A DNA stretch of 59,993 nt, from assembly GCA_017881025.1 (NCBI GenBank), contig JADGRJ010000001.1:1-59993 (forward strand), in the 5' to 3' direction. Source of the DNA: Rhizobacter sp. (lineage in GTDB: Bacteria; Pseudomonadota; Gammaproteobacteria; Burkholderiales; Burkholderiaceae_C). The translations under genes were made by a program, and so were the position numbers. Every line of letters begins with the position of its first letter. The stretch's first letter is position 1. Below the pieces are notes generated by a model, which ran no database searches, was not told the origin of the DNA, and saw nothing but the letters and a program-made list of their open reading frames with translations. This document shows positions 44,905 to 55,965 of the stretch, piece by piece.

Positions 44905-46377
44905 ATGAAAGCCCTGAGCGGATTGGATGGCGCCTTCCTCCATCTCGAGACCCCCGAAACGCCGATGCACGTCGGCTCGTTGCACCTGTTCGACCTGCCG
45001 CCGGGGTACCGGGGCGACTTCCACGCCAACATCAAGCGGCAGATGAAGTCGCGCATCCATCTTGCGCCGGTCTTCACGCGCAAGCTCGCGCCGATGCCGC
45101 TTCAGTTCGCCAATCCGGTCTGGGTCGAAGACGACCGCGTCGATCTCGACCACCACGTGCATCGGGTCACGCTGCCGCACCCCGGAACGCACGCCCAGCT
45201 CGAGGATTGCGCCGGCAGGCTGCACTCGGAGCTGCTCGATCGCAGCCGCCCGCTCTGGCGCCTCTACGTCTTCGACGGCCTGGAGAGCGGTCAGGCGGCC
45301 TACTACATCAAGGTCCACCACGCGGTCCTCGACGGCCAGGCCGGCGTGCTGCTGGCGCAGGCGCTGTTCGACGTGACCGCCAAGGCGCGGCAGCTCCCGC
45401 ACGGCTCCGGCGCGCAGGGCGAGCATCCGGGCCTGGCCGCTCTCGCCGCGGCCGCGCTCAAGCACGACGCCGGCCAGTACATCAAGCTGCTGCGCCACCT
45501 GCCCGATGTCGTGAAGACGCTCGCGGGCCTGTTCCGGGCCGCGCCCGGCGAGGTCAAGGGCCGGCTCGGGCAGAACTTCTCGTTCGGTCCGAAGACGCCG
45601 CTCAACGTCGCGGTGACCGGCGAACGCGGCTTCGCGGCGGTGTCGATCCCGATCGCCACGCTCAAGGCGCTGGCCCAGGCGCACGACGCCAAGCTCAACG
45701 ACATCGTGCTGGCGCTGTGCGGCGGCGCCCTGCGCCGCTACCTGGCCAGGCACGGCGGCCTGCCGAAGAAGCCGCTGATCGCGTCGATGCCGATCTCCCT
45801 GCGCAAGCCCGGCAACACCGACTTCACGACGCAGGCGACGCTGAGCCTGGTCAACCTGAACACCCACATCGCCGATCCGCTGAAGCGCCTGCGCGCCATC
45901 CGCGACGCGGCGGGTGCCGTCAAGGCGCTCGCCCAGCGCGCCAACAGCCTGATCCCGACCGACTTCCCGTCGATCGGCGTGCCTTGGGTCCTGCACGCGC
46001 TGGCATCGCTCTACGGACGATCCAGCGTAGCCAGCGCCATGCCGCCGATCGCCAACGTCGTGATCTCCAACGTCGCGGGACCGCAGGTGCCGCTCTATGC
46101 GGCGGGCGCGCGCATGGCCACCTACTGGCCGCTGTCGATCGTCGAGCACGGCCTCGGGCTCAACATCACGGTAATGAGCTACGCGGGCGCCATGGGATTC
46201 GGATTCACGACGGCACGCGCCGCCGTTCCCGATGCGCGCGAGCTGTCGGCGGCGCTGCTGGAGGCGCTCGACGAGCTCGTGGCGCGGAGCCGGCCCGCGG
46301 CGAAGAAGAAGACGGCGCCGGGCAAGAGCTCCAGCCGCGCAGCGGGCTCTACTGCGCGGGCACGGCCAGCCGGGTGA
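44905..46377 (+). CDS. Wax ester synthase/diacylglycerol acyltransferase 1
   Basis: LSGLDGAFLHLETPETPMHVG, LDRSRPLW, HHAVLDG (HHxxxDG), NVVISNVAGP. Confidence 0.95.
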   Translation: MKALSGLDGAFLHLETPETPMHVGSLHLFDLPPGYRGDFHANIKRQMKSRIHLAPVFTRKLAPMPLQFANPVWVEDDRVDLDHHVHRVTLPHPGTHAQLEDCAGRLHSELLDRSRPLWRLYVFDGLESGQAAYYIKVHHAVLDGQAGVLLAQALFDVTAKARQLPHGSGAQGEHPGLAALAAAALKHDAGQYIKLLRHLPDVVKTLAGLFRAAPGEVKGRLGQNFSFGPKTPLNVAVTGERGFAAVSIPIATLKALAQAHDAKLNDIVLALCGGALRRYLARHGGLPKKPLIASMPISLRKPGNTDFTTQATLSLVNLNTHIADPLKRLRAIRDAAGAVKALAQRANSLIPTDFPSIGVPWVLHALASLYGRSSVASAMPPIANVVISNVAGPQVPLYAAGARMATYWPLSIVEHGLGLNITVMSYAGAMGFGFTTARAAVPDARELSAALLEALDELVARSRPAAKKKTAPGKSSSRAAGSTARARPAG

Positions 46378-47803
46378 CCTCGTTCGCCCACGGCAGCATC
46401 AGCGTCAGCAGCAGCAGCTTTTCGAACTCCGGCGCGAAGCGGTCGATGATCCTCTGCGGGTCGGGGCAGCGCCGGCGATCGGCGATCAGGCCGAACTGCA
46501 CGCCGCCGGCGTACGAGACGATGCTCAGGCCGACGCCGACGTTGCCCGACGACGGAACCCAGAAGATGCTCTGCCGCAAGGTGCTGCCGCAGAACACCAC
46601 GGGCTCGGTCGGGCCGGGAACGTTCGTCATCACCGCGGTGGTCTTCTTCAGGAAGACGTCGGACAGCGCATCCTGCAGCGACTTGGTCAGCACGCCCGAC
46701 ACCGCCAGGAGCGCGTAGGCGAGCAGCGGCTGGTAGCTGCCCTTGAGCTCGCTCATGCGCGCGCGCACGGCGTAGAGGCACTCGACCGCGTTGTCGATGC
46801 CGATCGGCAACACCACCGGCGCCAGGCCGAAGCGGTTGCCGAGCTGCCAGGCCTCGTCGAGCGGACGCAGGTTCACCGGCACCATGGCACGGATCTCCTT
46901 GCCTGCGGGGTCTTCGCCGCGCTCGCGCAGGTAGCCGCCGATCGCGCTTGCGGCGCATGCGAGCAGCACATCGTTGACCGAGCAGTTCATGGCCTTGCCG
47001 ACCGCCTTGACGTCGGCGAGCGGCAGCGGCTCGCACCACGCCACGACCTTGTCGCCGCTGAGCGGGCCCTTGAGCAGGGTCGGCGAATCGTCGGCCAAGA
47101 GGGCGAGCGCGGCGGCGTCGCGGAGGACCCGGTAGCCGGCTCGCGCCAGCTTCACGGAGTCGTCCGCCGATCGTTGCGGGTGGGCGAGGAGCTCCATCGC
47201 CTTCACCACGCCGTCGCCGTACATGCCGATCGCCTTGACGGTGACATCGGTGAGTGGCCTGACCACCGCGTCTGCGAGCCAGTCGCCGTCGTCGGCATCT
47301 TGCCCGCCATCGCGCGCCGGCCGGTGCAGGTCGGTGCCGCCGTCGGCGATCGACAACAGCACCGAGTTCAGGGCGATGCCGTCGGCGATGCAGTGGTGGA
47401 TGCGCACGATCAGCGCGCTGCCGTCCTCGTAGCGATCGATCAGGTGGATCTGCCACAGCGGGTGCGCCGGGTCCAGCGGGGTGGCGGCGAGCTCGCTGAC
47501 ACGTGCCTGGAGGGCAGAACGTTCGCTCTGGCCGCGCTTCCTCACCAGCTTTTCGCGGACGAGGTGGCGGTCGATGTCGAAATCGTCGTCGTCGACCCAG
47601 TGGGAGAGCAAGGCCTCCTGAACGGCCTTCTGGCGGAATCGCAGGTAAGAGAGAAACCGCGATTGGAGGCGCTCGCGCAATGCCGCGCGGTCGAGCGCCG
47701 GCCGCAGCAGCCAGATGCCGACGATCATCATGAGGTTGACGCGGCTGTCCATGCGCAGCCAGGCCGTATCGACACGCGACATCCGCTCGGAACTTGGGGT
47801 CAT
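46349..47803 (-). CDS. Wax ester synthase/diacylglycerol acyltransferase 2
   Basis: MSRVDTAWLRMD, LDPAHPLW, HHCIADG, VPVNLR, TNVPGP; 3' end overlaps WS/DGAT 1 by 29 bp. Confidence 0.95.
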   Translation of the reverse strand: MTPSSERMSRVDTAWLRMDSRVNLMMIVGIWLLRPALDRAALRERLQSRFLSYLRFRQKAVQEALLSHWVDDDDFDIDRHLVREKLVRKRGQSERSALQARVSELAATPLDPAHPLWQIHLIDRYEDGSALIVRIHHCIADGIALNSVLLSIADGGTDLHRPARDGGQDADDGDWLADAVVRPLTDVTVKAIGMYGDGVVKAMELLAHPQRSADDSVKLARAGYRVLRDAAALALLADDSPTLLKGPLSGDKVVAWCEPLPLADVKAVGKAMNCSVNDVLLACAASAIGGYLRERGEDPAGKEIRAMVPVNLRPLDEAWQLGNRFGLAPVVLPIGIDNAVECLYAVRARMSELKGSYQPLLAYALLAVSGVLTKSLQDALSDVFLKKTTAVMTNVPGPTEPVVFCGSTLRQSIFWVPSSGNVGVGLSIVSYAGGVQFGLIADRRRCPDPQRIIDRFAPEFEKLLLLTLMLPWANEVTRLAVPAQ

Positions 47804-47876
47804 TCGGGCACTCCCAGGATCAGGTTGGCGACCACGCCCAGGGCGTGCCTCGGCGTCACGCCTGATCCCTGATCGC

Positions 47877-47979
47877 ATTGGACAGTCGGCGCCTGAAGGC
47901 GGGACTGACGAAGCGCAAGGAAAAAGCACGCCCGGATCTGATGCCGCTCAAAGCGCCCGAAGCGCCCGAGTCGTCTACT
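47877..47979. promoter_or_regulatory. Two FNR/CRP-family-like boxes in the divergent WS/DGAT 2 / acyl-CoA ligase promoter region
   Basis: CTGAC-GAAG-CGCAA (47905-47918) and CTGAT-GCCG-CTCAA (47938-47951); weak -10-like hexamers 29.5 bp outward on each side. Confidence 0.45.
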
Positions 47980-48059
47980 GGAGCTTGGTCGACCGTGCCG
48001 CTCTCCTGGCGGACCACGGCCGCTGGTGCAGGCATCTTCGCTGTCGAGGAGTGACGAGA

Positions 48060-49787
48060 GTGGACAAGATCTGGCTGAAGAACTATCCCCCGGGCATCCC
48101 GGCCGTGGTGGATCTGAACGAGTTCTCCTCGCTGAAGGACGTGCTGGAGCACAGCTGTCGGCGCTTCGGCGCGCTGCCGGCCTACAGCAACATGGGCTCT
48201 TCGATCAGCTACGCGCAGCTCGATCAGGCGAGCCGGGACTTCGCGGCCTATCTGCAGCAGACGGTCGGGTTGAAGAGGGGCGCCCGGGTCGCGATCATGA
48301 TGCCCAACCTGCTGCAGTATCCGGTCGCCCTGTTCGGCGTCCTGAGGGCGGGTCTGGTGGTGGTGAACGTCAACCCGCAATACACACCCTCGGAACTCGA
48401 GCATCAGCTCAAGGATTCGGGGGCGGCGGCGATCGTGGTGCTGGAGAACTTCGCCCACACCGTGCAAGAGGTGCTCGACCGCAATCCGGGGCTGACGCTG
48501 ACGGTCGTCACCACGGAAGTGGGAGACATGCTGCCGGTGCTCAAGGAGGTCCTCACCAACGTCGTCGTCAAGTACGTGAAGAAGATGGTGCCGGGCTGGA
48601 AGATCGCCGGCGCCACCGAGTTCAATGCGGCCCTGCGCGCCGGCCATGGACTTCGGCTCGACGAGGTGCCTCTGACGCACGGCGACACGGCCTTCCTCCA
48701 GTACACCGGCGGCACGACCGGCGTCGCCAAGGGGACGGTGCTCAGCCACGGCAACCTCGTCGCCAACCTGCAACAGCTCGGCGCATGGATCGCGCACGAC
48801 CTCGACGAGGGCAAGGAAGTGTTCGTCTGCCCGTTGCCGCTCTATCACGTCTTCGCGCTGACCTCGAGCCTGATGTTCATGAAGATCGGCGCGCACGCGA
48901 TCCTCGTCACCGATCCGCGCAACATGGAGGCGTTCCTCCACGACCTTCGCAAGTACCCGTTCACCGCGATGATCGGCGTCAACACGCTGTACCGGGGGCT
49001 GCTCGACGCGCCCGGGTTCGATGACGTCGACATGCGCAGCTTCAAGCTGGCGAGCGCCGGGGGGATGGCCGTCCAGCGCGTCGTCGCCGAACGCTGGGCG
49101 AAGGCCACCGGCGTGCCGCTCATCGAGGGCTACGGCCTCACCGAAACCTCGCCGGTCGTGATCTCGAATCCGCTCGACATCGAGCAGTGGACCGGGACCA
49201 TCGGCGTGCCGATCCCCTCCACCGAGGCCGCGATCCTGAACGACGACGGCGGCGAGGTCGTGCTCGGCGAGGTCGGCGAGATCTGCGTGCGCGGGCCGCA
49301 GGTCATGGTTGGCTACTGGAACCGCCCCGACGAGACCGAACGCGCGTTCACCGCCGACGGCTGGTTCAGGACCGGCGACCTTGGCACCATGGACGAGCGC
49401 GGCTACTTCAGGATCACCGACCGCAAGAAGGACATGATCATCGTCTCCGGATTCAAGGTCTTTCCGAACCAGATCGAGGATGTCGTGGCCTTGCACCCGG
49501 GCGTCGCCGAGGTCGGGGCGATCGGCGTGGCGGACGAGAGGTCGGGCGAGGCGGTCAAGATCGTCGTCGTCCGCAAGGATCCCGCGCTGACCGAGCAGGC
49601 TCTGCTCGAGCACTGCCGCCAGCACCTGACCGGATACAAGATCCCGAAGATCGTCGAGTTCCGTACCGAGCCGCTGCCGAAGTCGAACCTCGGCAAGATT
49701 CTGCGGCGCCAGTTGCGCGACGCGGCGGTCGCGCCGCCGGCGCCCTCCCCGGGCGCCCGATCGAGCCCCGGTGTTCCCGCGGCGTGA
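48060..49787 (+). CDS. fadD: Long-chain fatty acid-CoA ligase
   Basis: KIWLKNYP, QYTGGTTGVAKG, EGYGLTETSP, GWFRTGD, DRKKDMIIVSGF, LPKSNLGKILRR. Confidence 0.95.
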   Translation: MDKIWLKNYPPGIPAVVDLNEFSSLKDVLEHSCRRFGALPAYSNMGSSISYAQLDQASRDFAAYLQQTVGLKRGARVAIMMPNLLQYPVALFGVLRAGLVVVNVNPQYTPSELEHQLKDSGAAAIVVLENFAHTVQEVLDRNPGLTLTVVTTEVGDMLPVLKEVLTNVVVKYVKKMVPGWKIAGATEFNAALRAGHGLRLDEVPLTHGDTAFLQYTGGTTGVAKGTVLSHGNLVANLQQLGAWIAHDLDEGKEVFVCPLPLYHVFALTSSLMFMKIGAHAILVTDPRNMEAFLHDLRKYPFTAMIGVNTLYRGLLDAPGFDDVDMRSFKLASAGGMAVQRVVAERWAKATGVPLIEGYGLTETSPVVISNPLDIEQWTGTIGVPIPSTEAAILNDDGGEVVLGEVGEICVRGPQVMVGYWNRPDETERAFTADGWFRTGDLGTMDERGYFRITDRKKDMIIVSGFKVFPNQIEDVVALHPGVAEVGAIGVADERSGEAVKIVVVRKDPALTEQALLEHCRQHLTGYKIPKIVEFRTEPLPKSNLGKILRRQLRDAAVAPPAPSPGARSSPGVPAA

Positions 49788-49811
49788 ATCGGGCGGCGCC
49801 CGCGCGCCGCC

Positions 49812-50483
49812 TCAGAACCGATACCAGAGGCCGAGCGAATAGGTGATCGGCTTCAGGTCGATGGTGGTCCTGACTTCGACCGGGACCGGCACGCCGGGAA
49901 TCGTGGCGATGGCATCGACATCGCTCTTGACGTCGAGGCGAGCGACCGAGGCGAACAGGCCCCAGTCCTTGCGCACGGCGTAGCTCAGGCCGGCCTGCAG
50001 CGCCCAGCCCCAGGAATCGCTCATGTCGAGCTTGCTGGTCGGCAGGCTCGAGCGGATGGCGGTGAATTTCGTGTAGTTGATGCCCGCCCCCACGTACGGC
50101 CGCAGCGCGTTGGCCGGATCGCCGAAGTAGTAGTTCAGCAGCAGGGTCGGCGACACGTTCTTCGTCGACAGCAGCTCGTCGCCGAGCGCCGCGGCCGCGC
50201 CGGTCCCCTTGGCCTTGATGCGCGGCGGCACGCCGAGCGCGAGCTCGATGCCGAGGTTCGGCGTCAGCGAGCGCTCGATGACCAGCAGCAGGGTCGTTGC
50301 GTCACCGGTCTCGGCATCTGCGCCGGCGGGAAATACCGGCGGAGTGGCCGTGAGCCCGTTCGAGCTCGAGTGGGTCGTGTACCGGGTGGCACCGAGCTTG
50401 ACGACGTTGTCCTGCGCCTGCACGGCCGTGGCGGCCAAGGCAGCGGCGATCGCCGCTGTGAAGATGCTTGTCTTGAGTTTCAT
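49812..50483 (-). CDS. ompW: OmpW/AlkL family outer membrane protein
   Basis: GGAGGAG RBS, signal peptide, IELALGVPP, SPTLLLNYYF, RPYVGAGINYT, terminal YRF. Confidence 0.9.
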   Translation of the reverse strand: MKLKTSIFTAAIAAALAATAVQAQDNVVKLGATRYTTHSSSNGLTATPPVFPAGADAETGDATTLLLVIERSLTPNLGIELALGVPPRIKAKGTGAAAALGDELLSTKNVSPTLLLNYYFGDPANALRPYVGAGINYTKFTAIRSSLPTSKLDMSDSWGWALQAGLSYAVRKDWGLFASVARLDVKSDVDAIATIPGVPVPVEVRTTIDLKPITYSLGLWYRF

Positions 50484-50536
50484 CGCTCCTCCCTTTGCAC
50501 ATCGCGATCGATCCTGCGCCGGTGGGTCGCGCGAGG

Positions 50537-50554
50537 TGTTGACGGCAGTCAACA
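50537..50554. promoter_or_regulatory. FNR/ANR-type box upstream of ompW
   Basis: Perfect palindrome TGTTGAC-GGCA-GTCAACA; minus-strand CAGGAT 29.5 bp from the centre. Confidence 0.75.
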
Positions 50555-50626
50555 GAGGCGGTGAAGGTCGTGACTGGCGCCGTCCACGGTGGTCCGGCGT
50601 GAGGTGCGAGGTCGAATCGCGCCCGG

Positions 50627-50667
50627 TTGCTCTGCATCAATACACGGCCCGCACCGCTGGGTATGGT
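50627..50667 (+). promoter_or_regulatory. FNR-type box plus -10 for the 22-mer repeat protein
   Basis: TTGCT-CTGC-ATCAA followed by TATGGT 28.5 bp from the centre. Confidence 0.6.
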
Positions 50668-50695
50668 TGTTCATCCCAACCAGCGAGAAAGAGCC

Positions 50696-51421
50696 ATGGC
50701 AACTCAAGCGACCCCCTCCAAGAAAGCGACAGCAGTCCGGCGCCGCGCTGCCGGAGTCGCTCGCCCGCCCGCACGGCGCAAGACGACTGCAACGGCGAAG
50801 TCGAAGCCCGTCCGAAAGGCTCCCTCGCTCGGCAAGGCGGGGACGGCGGTCCGGGCCGGGGTCATCGACCGCCTGAAGGCGCTCACGGCGCTCGAGAGCG
50901 AGATCGCGCGGCTCAGCCGGGGCGCGGTGGCCGAAGCGCTCGCGGTCGCCGGCATCACCGCGAGGGAAGTGACGGCGATCCTGCGCGATGTCGTCGTCGG
51001 CGCGATCGAAGCCGCGGGGCGGGCCGGCAGCGAGTTGACGGTGAGCATCAAGGGCGTCGCCAAGGGCGCCATCGCCGGCGTGCACGACGCGCGCGGCAAT
51101 CTGACCCAGGCGGCCGGAACGATCGTGAAGACCGCGATCGCGCAGGCAAGCAGGATCGGCGCCGAAGCGGGCCCGGTGGCGCGTAGCGCGCTGGACGGCA
51201 TCCGCGAGGGCGCGACCGAAGCCGGCGCGAACGCCGTCGCCGTCGTCAGCGCGAGCGTCAGGAGCGCGTTGGCGGCAGCGAGCGAGATCAACGCCCTGGC
51301 GGCCGAGGCGGTGCGCCAGGTGGTGGTCGGATCGGCCGAAGGCATCGCCGAGGTCGTCAAGTCGCACCGCGCGACACCGAAGCCGCGGCGTGCGGGAGCC
51401 AAGCGCCTGCGGTCCGCGTGA
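50696..51421 (+). CDS. Hypothetical protein with basic tails and ~6.5 tandem 22-residue amphipathic repeats
   Basis: K/R/A/P-rich N- and C-termini; visible 22-aa periodicity; no catalytic motif. Confidence 0.8.
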   Translation: MATQATPSKKATAVRRRAAGVARPPARRKTTATAKSKPVRKAPSLGKAGTAVRAGVIDRLKALTALESEIARLSRGAVAEALAVAGITAREVTAILRDVVVGAIEAAGRAGSELTVSIKGVAKGAIAGVHDARGNLTQAAGTIVKTAIAQASRIGAEAGPVARSALDGIREGATEAGANAVAVVSASVRSALAAASEINALAAEAVRQVVVGSAEGIAEVVKSHRATPKPRRAGAKRLRSA

Positions 51422-51490
51422 GCGGGAACGGGCTGCGCAACCGCCAGCGCCTTGCGCGTCGCTCATGATCCCGAGCGACGCGCGCGAGCC

Positions 51491-52744
51491 ATGGGCCCAC
51501 GCGTTCGCCTCCGCGGTTCGGACCTGCGCGGCGCTGCCCGCCTCGCGACCAATGCGACCTCGGGCCTGACCGACCTGGTCGAGGCGATGCACGAACGCAT
51601 CGCCCGCACCGCGGGCATGACCGCGCCGGCCGCGGACGGCCGCACGGGCGGCATCACCGGCATCGTCTACAAGACGATTCGCGGCGTCACCCGCGTTGTC
51701 GGCGGCAGCATCGATTCCCTGTTGGGGCTCCTCGCTCCGGCATTGCCCGCGGAAGACCACAGCCCGGAGCGCGAGGCGATCGTCGCGGCCTTGAACGGCG
51801 TGCTCGGCGACTATCTCGCGGCCACCGCCAACCCGCTCGCCACGAGCATGGCGTTGCGCCGCGACGGGCGTCGGCTCGATCTCGAGGCCGCGGCGCTGAA
51901 GGCGCGCATGCCGGCCGCCGGCGGCCGCCTGCTGGTGCTGCTGCACGGCCTGTGCATGAGCGACCTTCAATGGACGCGCCGGGACCACGATCACGGCGCG
52001 GCGCTCGCTCGCGACCTCGGCTACACGCCGGTCTACCTGCACTACAACAGCGGTCTGCACATCTCGATCAACGGGCATGCGCTCGCGAACCTGCTCGAGC
52101 GTCTGATCGACCAGTGGCCCGCCCCGCTGGATCGATTCGTGCTGCTCGGACACAGCATGGGCGGCCTGCTGGCGCGCAGCGCGCTCCACTACGGAGCCGA
52201 GGCCGGCCACCGCTGGCCGTCGCGGTTGGACGACCTCGTGTTCCTCGCGACGCCGCATCAGGGCGCACCGCTTGAGCGCGCCGGCAACTGGGTCGACATC
52301 CTCCTCGGGGCGACGCCCTATGCGGCGCCTCTCGCACGCCTCGGCAAGCTGCGCAGCGCCGGCATCACCGACCTGCGCCACGGCTGTCTGGTCGACGAGG
52401 ACTGGGTCGGACGCGATCGCTTCGCGCCCGGCCCGGCCCCGCGCCATCCCCTTCCGCTCCCGGAGGCGGTGCGCTGCTACGCGATCGCGGCGAGCCTGGG
52501 CCAGGGCGGCGGCGATCTGAAGGATCGCCTGCTCGGCGACGGCCTGGTGCCGCTGGCCAGCGCCCTGGGCCGACACGCCGATCCGGACCGGTCGCTGCGA
52601 ATCGCCGAGGACCGGCAATGGATCGGCTACGGCATGAACCATCTCGACGTGCTCGGCGATGCCGGCGTGTATGCGCGGCTCGGGCAGTGGCTGGCCGCGC
52701 CCGGGACCACGTCGACGAGAGCATCGCTCGCCAGCCCCCCATGA
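51491..52744 (+). CDS. PGAP1-like alpha/beta hydrolase (lipase/esterase)
   Basis: LLHGLC, YNSGLHIS.NG, GHSMGG, TPHQGAPLE, GDGLVP, MNHLD. Confidence 0.88.
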   Translation: MGPRVRLRGSDLRGAARLATNATSGLTDLVEAMHERIARTAGMTAPAADGRTGGITGIVYKTIRGVTRVVGGSIDSLLGLLAPALPAEDHSPEREAIVAALNGVLGDYLAATANPLATSMALRRDGRRLDLEAAALKARMPAAGGRLLVLLHGLCMSDLQWTRRDHDHGAALARDLGYTPVYLHYNSGLHISINGHALANLLERLIDQWPAPLDRFVLLGHSMGGLLARSALHYGAEAGHRWPSRLDDLVFLATPHQGAPLERAGNWVDILLGATPYAAPLARLGKLRSAGITDLRHGCLVDEDWVGRDRFAPGPAPRHPLPLPEAVRCYAIAASLGQGGGDLKDRLLGDGLVPLASALGRHADPDRSLRIAEDRQWIGYGMNHLDVLGDAGVYARLGQWLAAPGTTSTRASLASPP

Positions 52745-53472
52745 CAGCCGCCGACGCGATCCTCGGGCACCTGAAAGTCGTCGACGCCGAGCGGCAGCGG
52801 CGAGCGGCGCTGCCGGAACTGGACGCCAGGGTCCACTCGCTGAAGGAATATCAGCAGCGACGCTTCTCGCAGACGTACGCCGACCTGCTGCTCAGCACGC
52901 GCTACGGAGCCGCCTCGCGCTACTTCCTCGACGAGCTGTACGGCGCGAAGGATTTCACCCGTCGCGACCGCCAGTTCGCTCGGGTCGCGCCGGCCATCGT
53001 ACGATTGTTCCCGAGCGAGCTCGCCCAGACGATCGTGACCCTGGCCGAGTTGCATGCGTTGTCCGAGACCCTGGACACGGCCATGGGCATGCAGCTCACG
53101 AGCGCGCGGATCGGCGCCGTCGACTACATCCGCGCGTGGCAAGGCGTCGGCCGCGCACCCGACCGGGAACGCCAGATCGCGCTGACGCTCGGCATCGCCG
53201 CACAGCTCGATCGGCTGACGCGCCTGCCGCTGCTGCGCAACAGCCTGCGCTTGATGCGCGGGCCGTCCCGCGCCGCGGGTCTTTCCGAGCTGCAGCGCGT
53301 GCTGGAGACCGGGTTCGACACCTTCCGGGCGATGAAAGGCGCGCAAGAGTTCATCGCGCTCATCGGCTCGCGCGAGCGTGACTTCGCCGCCGCGCTCTTC
53401 TCGGCACAGCCGAATGGCGCCGACGCCGATTCCTCGATGCAAGGTGCCCTGGCCAGCCTGCCTTCGCCGTGA
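52741..53472 (+). CDS. Conserved hypothetical protein with FFLEELY-like motif (YFLDELYG)
   Basis: YQQRRFSQTYADLL...YFLDELYG..DFTRRD.QF; ATGA overlap with the hydrolase. Confidence 0.75.
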   Translation: MTAADAILGHLKVVDAERQRRAALPELDARVHSLKEYQQRRFSQTYADLLLSTRYGAASRYFLDELYGAKDFTRRDRQFARVAPAIVRLFPSELAQTIVTLAELHALSETLDTAMGMQLTSARIGAVDYIRAWQGVGRAPDRERQIALTLGIAAQLDRLTRLPLLRNSLRLMRGPSRAAGLSELQRVLETGFDTFRAMKGAQEFIALIGSRERDFAAALFSAQPNGADADSSMQGALASLPSP

Positions 53473-53520
53473 CGGATCGCCTGCGGACGACGAGCCGCTG
53501 CCTTCGACGCACGCTTGGAC

Positions 53521-53611
53521 TGGTGGAGAGGGTGGGATTCGAACCCACGTTACGGTGAAACCGTAAACCAGATTTCGAGTCTGGCGCATTCGACCACTCT
53601 GCCACCTCTCC
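53521..53611 (-). tRNA. tRNA-Ser(CGA)
   Basis: GGAGAGG/CCTCTCC acceptor stem, CCAGA-CTCGAAA-TCTGG anticodon arm, long variable arm, GGTTCGAATCC, encoded CCA. Confidence 0.97.
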
Positions 53612-53676
53612 GGTCGGGTGCTTCGGCGGGTCGCTGCCGAGGGCGGGATTCTAGGGCCTGCGCGGCTTCGGCCCGC

Positions 53677-55917
<2,241 letters not shown>

Positions 55918-55965
55918 GATTGATACGACTCGCTGCAGACCGCAGCGGCCCGACCAAGAGTTGCG

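Noticed and set aside
51427-51469. Possible sixth FNR site before the PGAP1-like lipase
   Set aside because: Only one half-site (CGCAA) resembles the consensus
43560-53520. Intact genomic island or prophage at tRNA-Ser
   Set aside because: No integrase, transposase or duplicated tRNA 3' end seen
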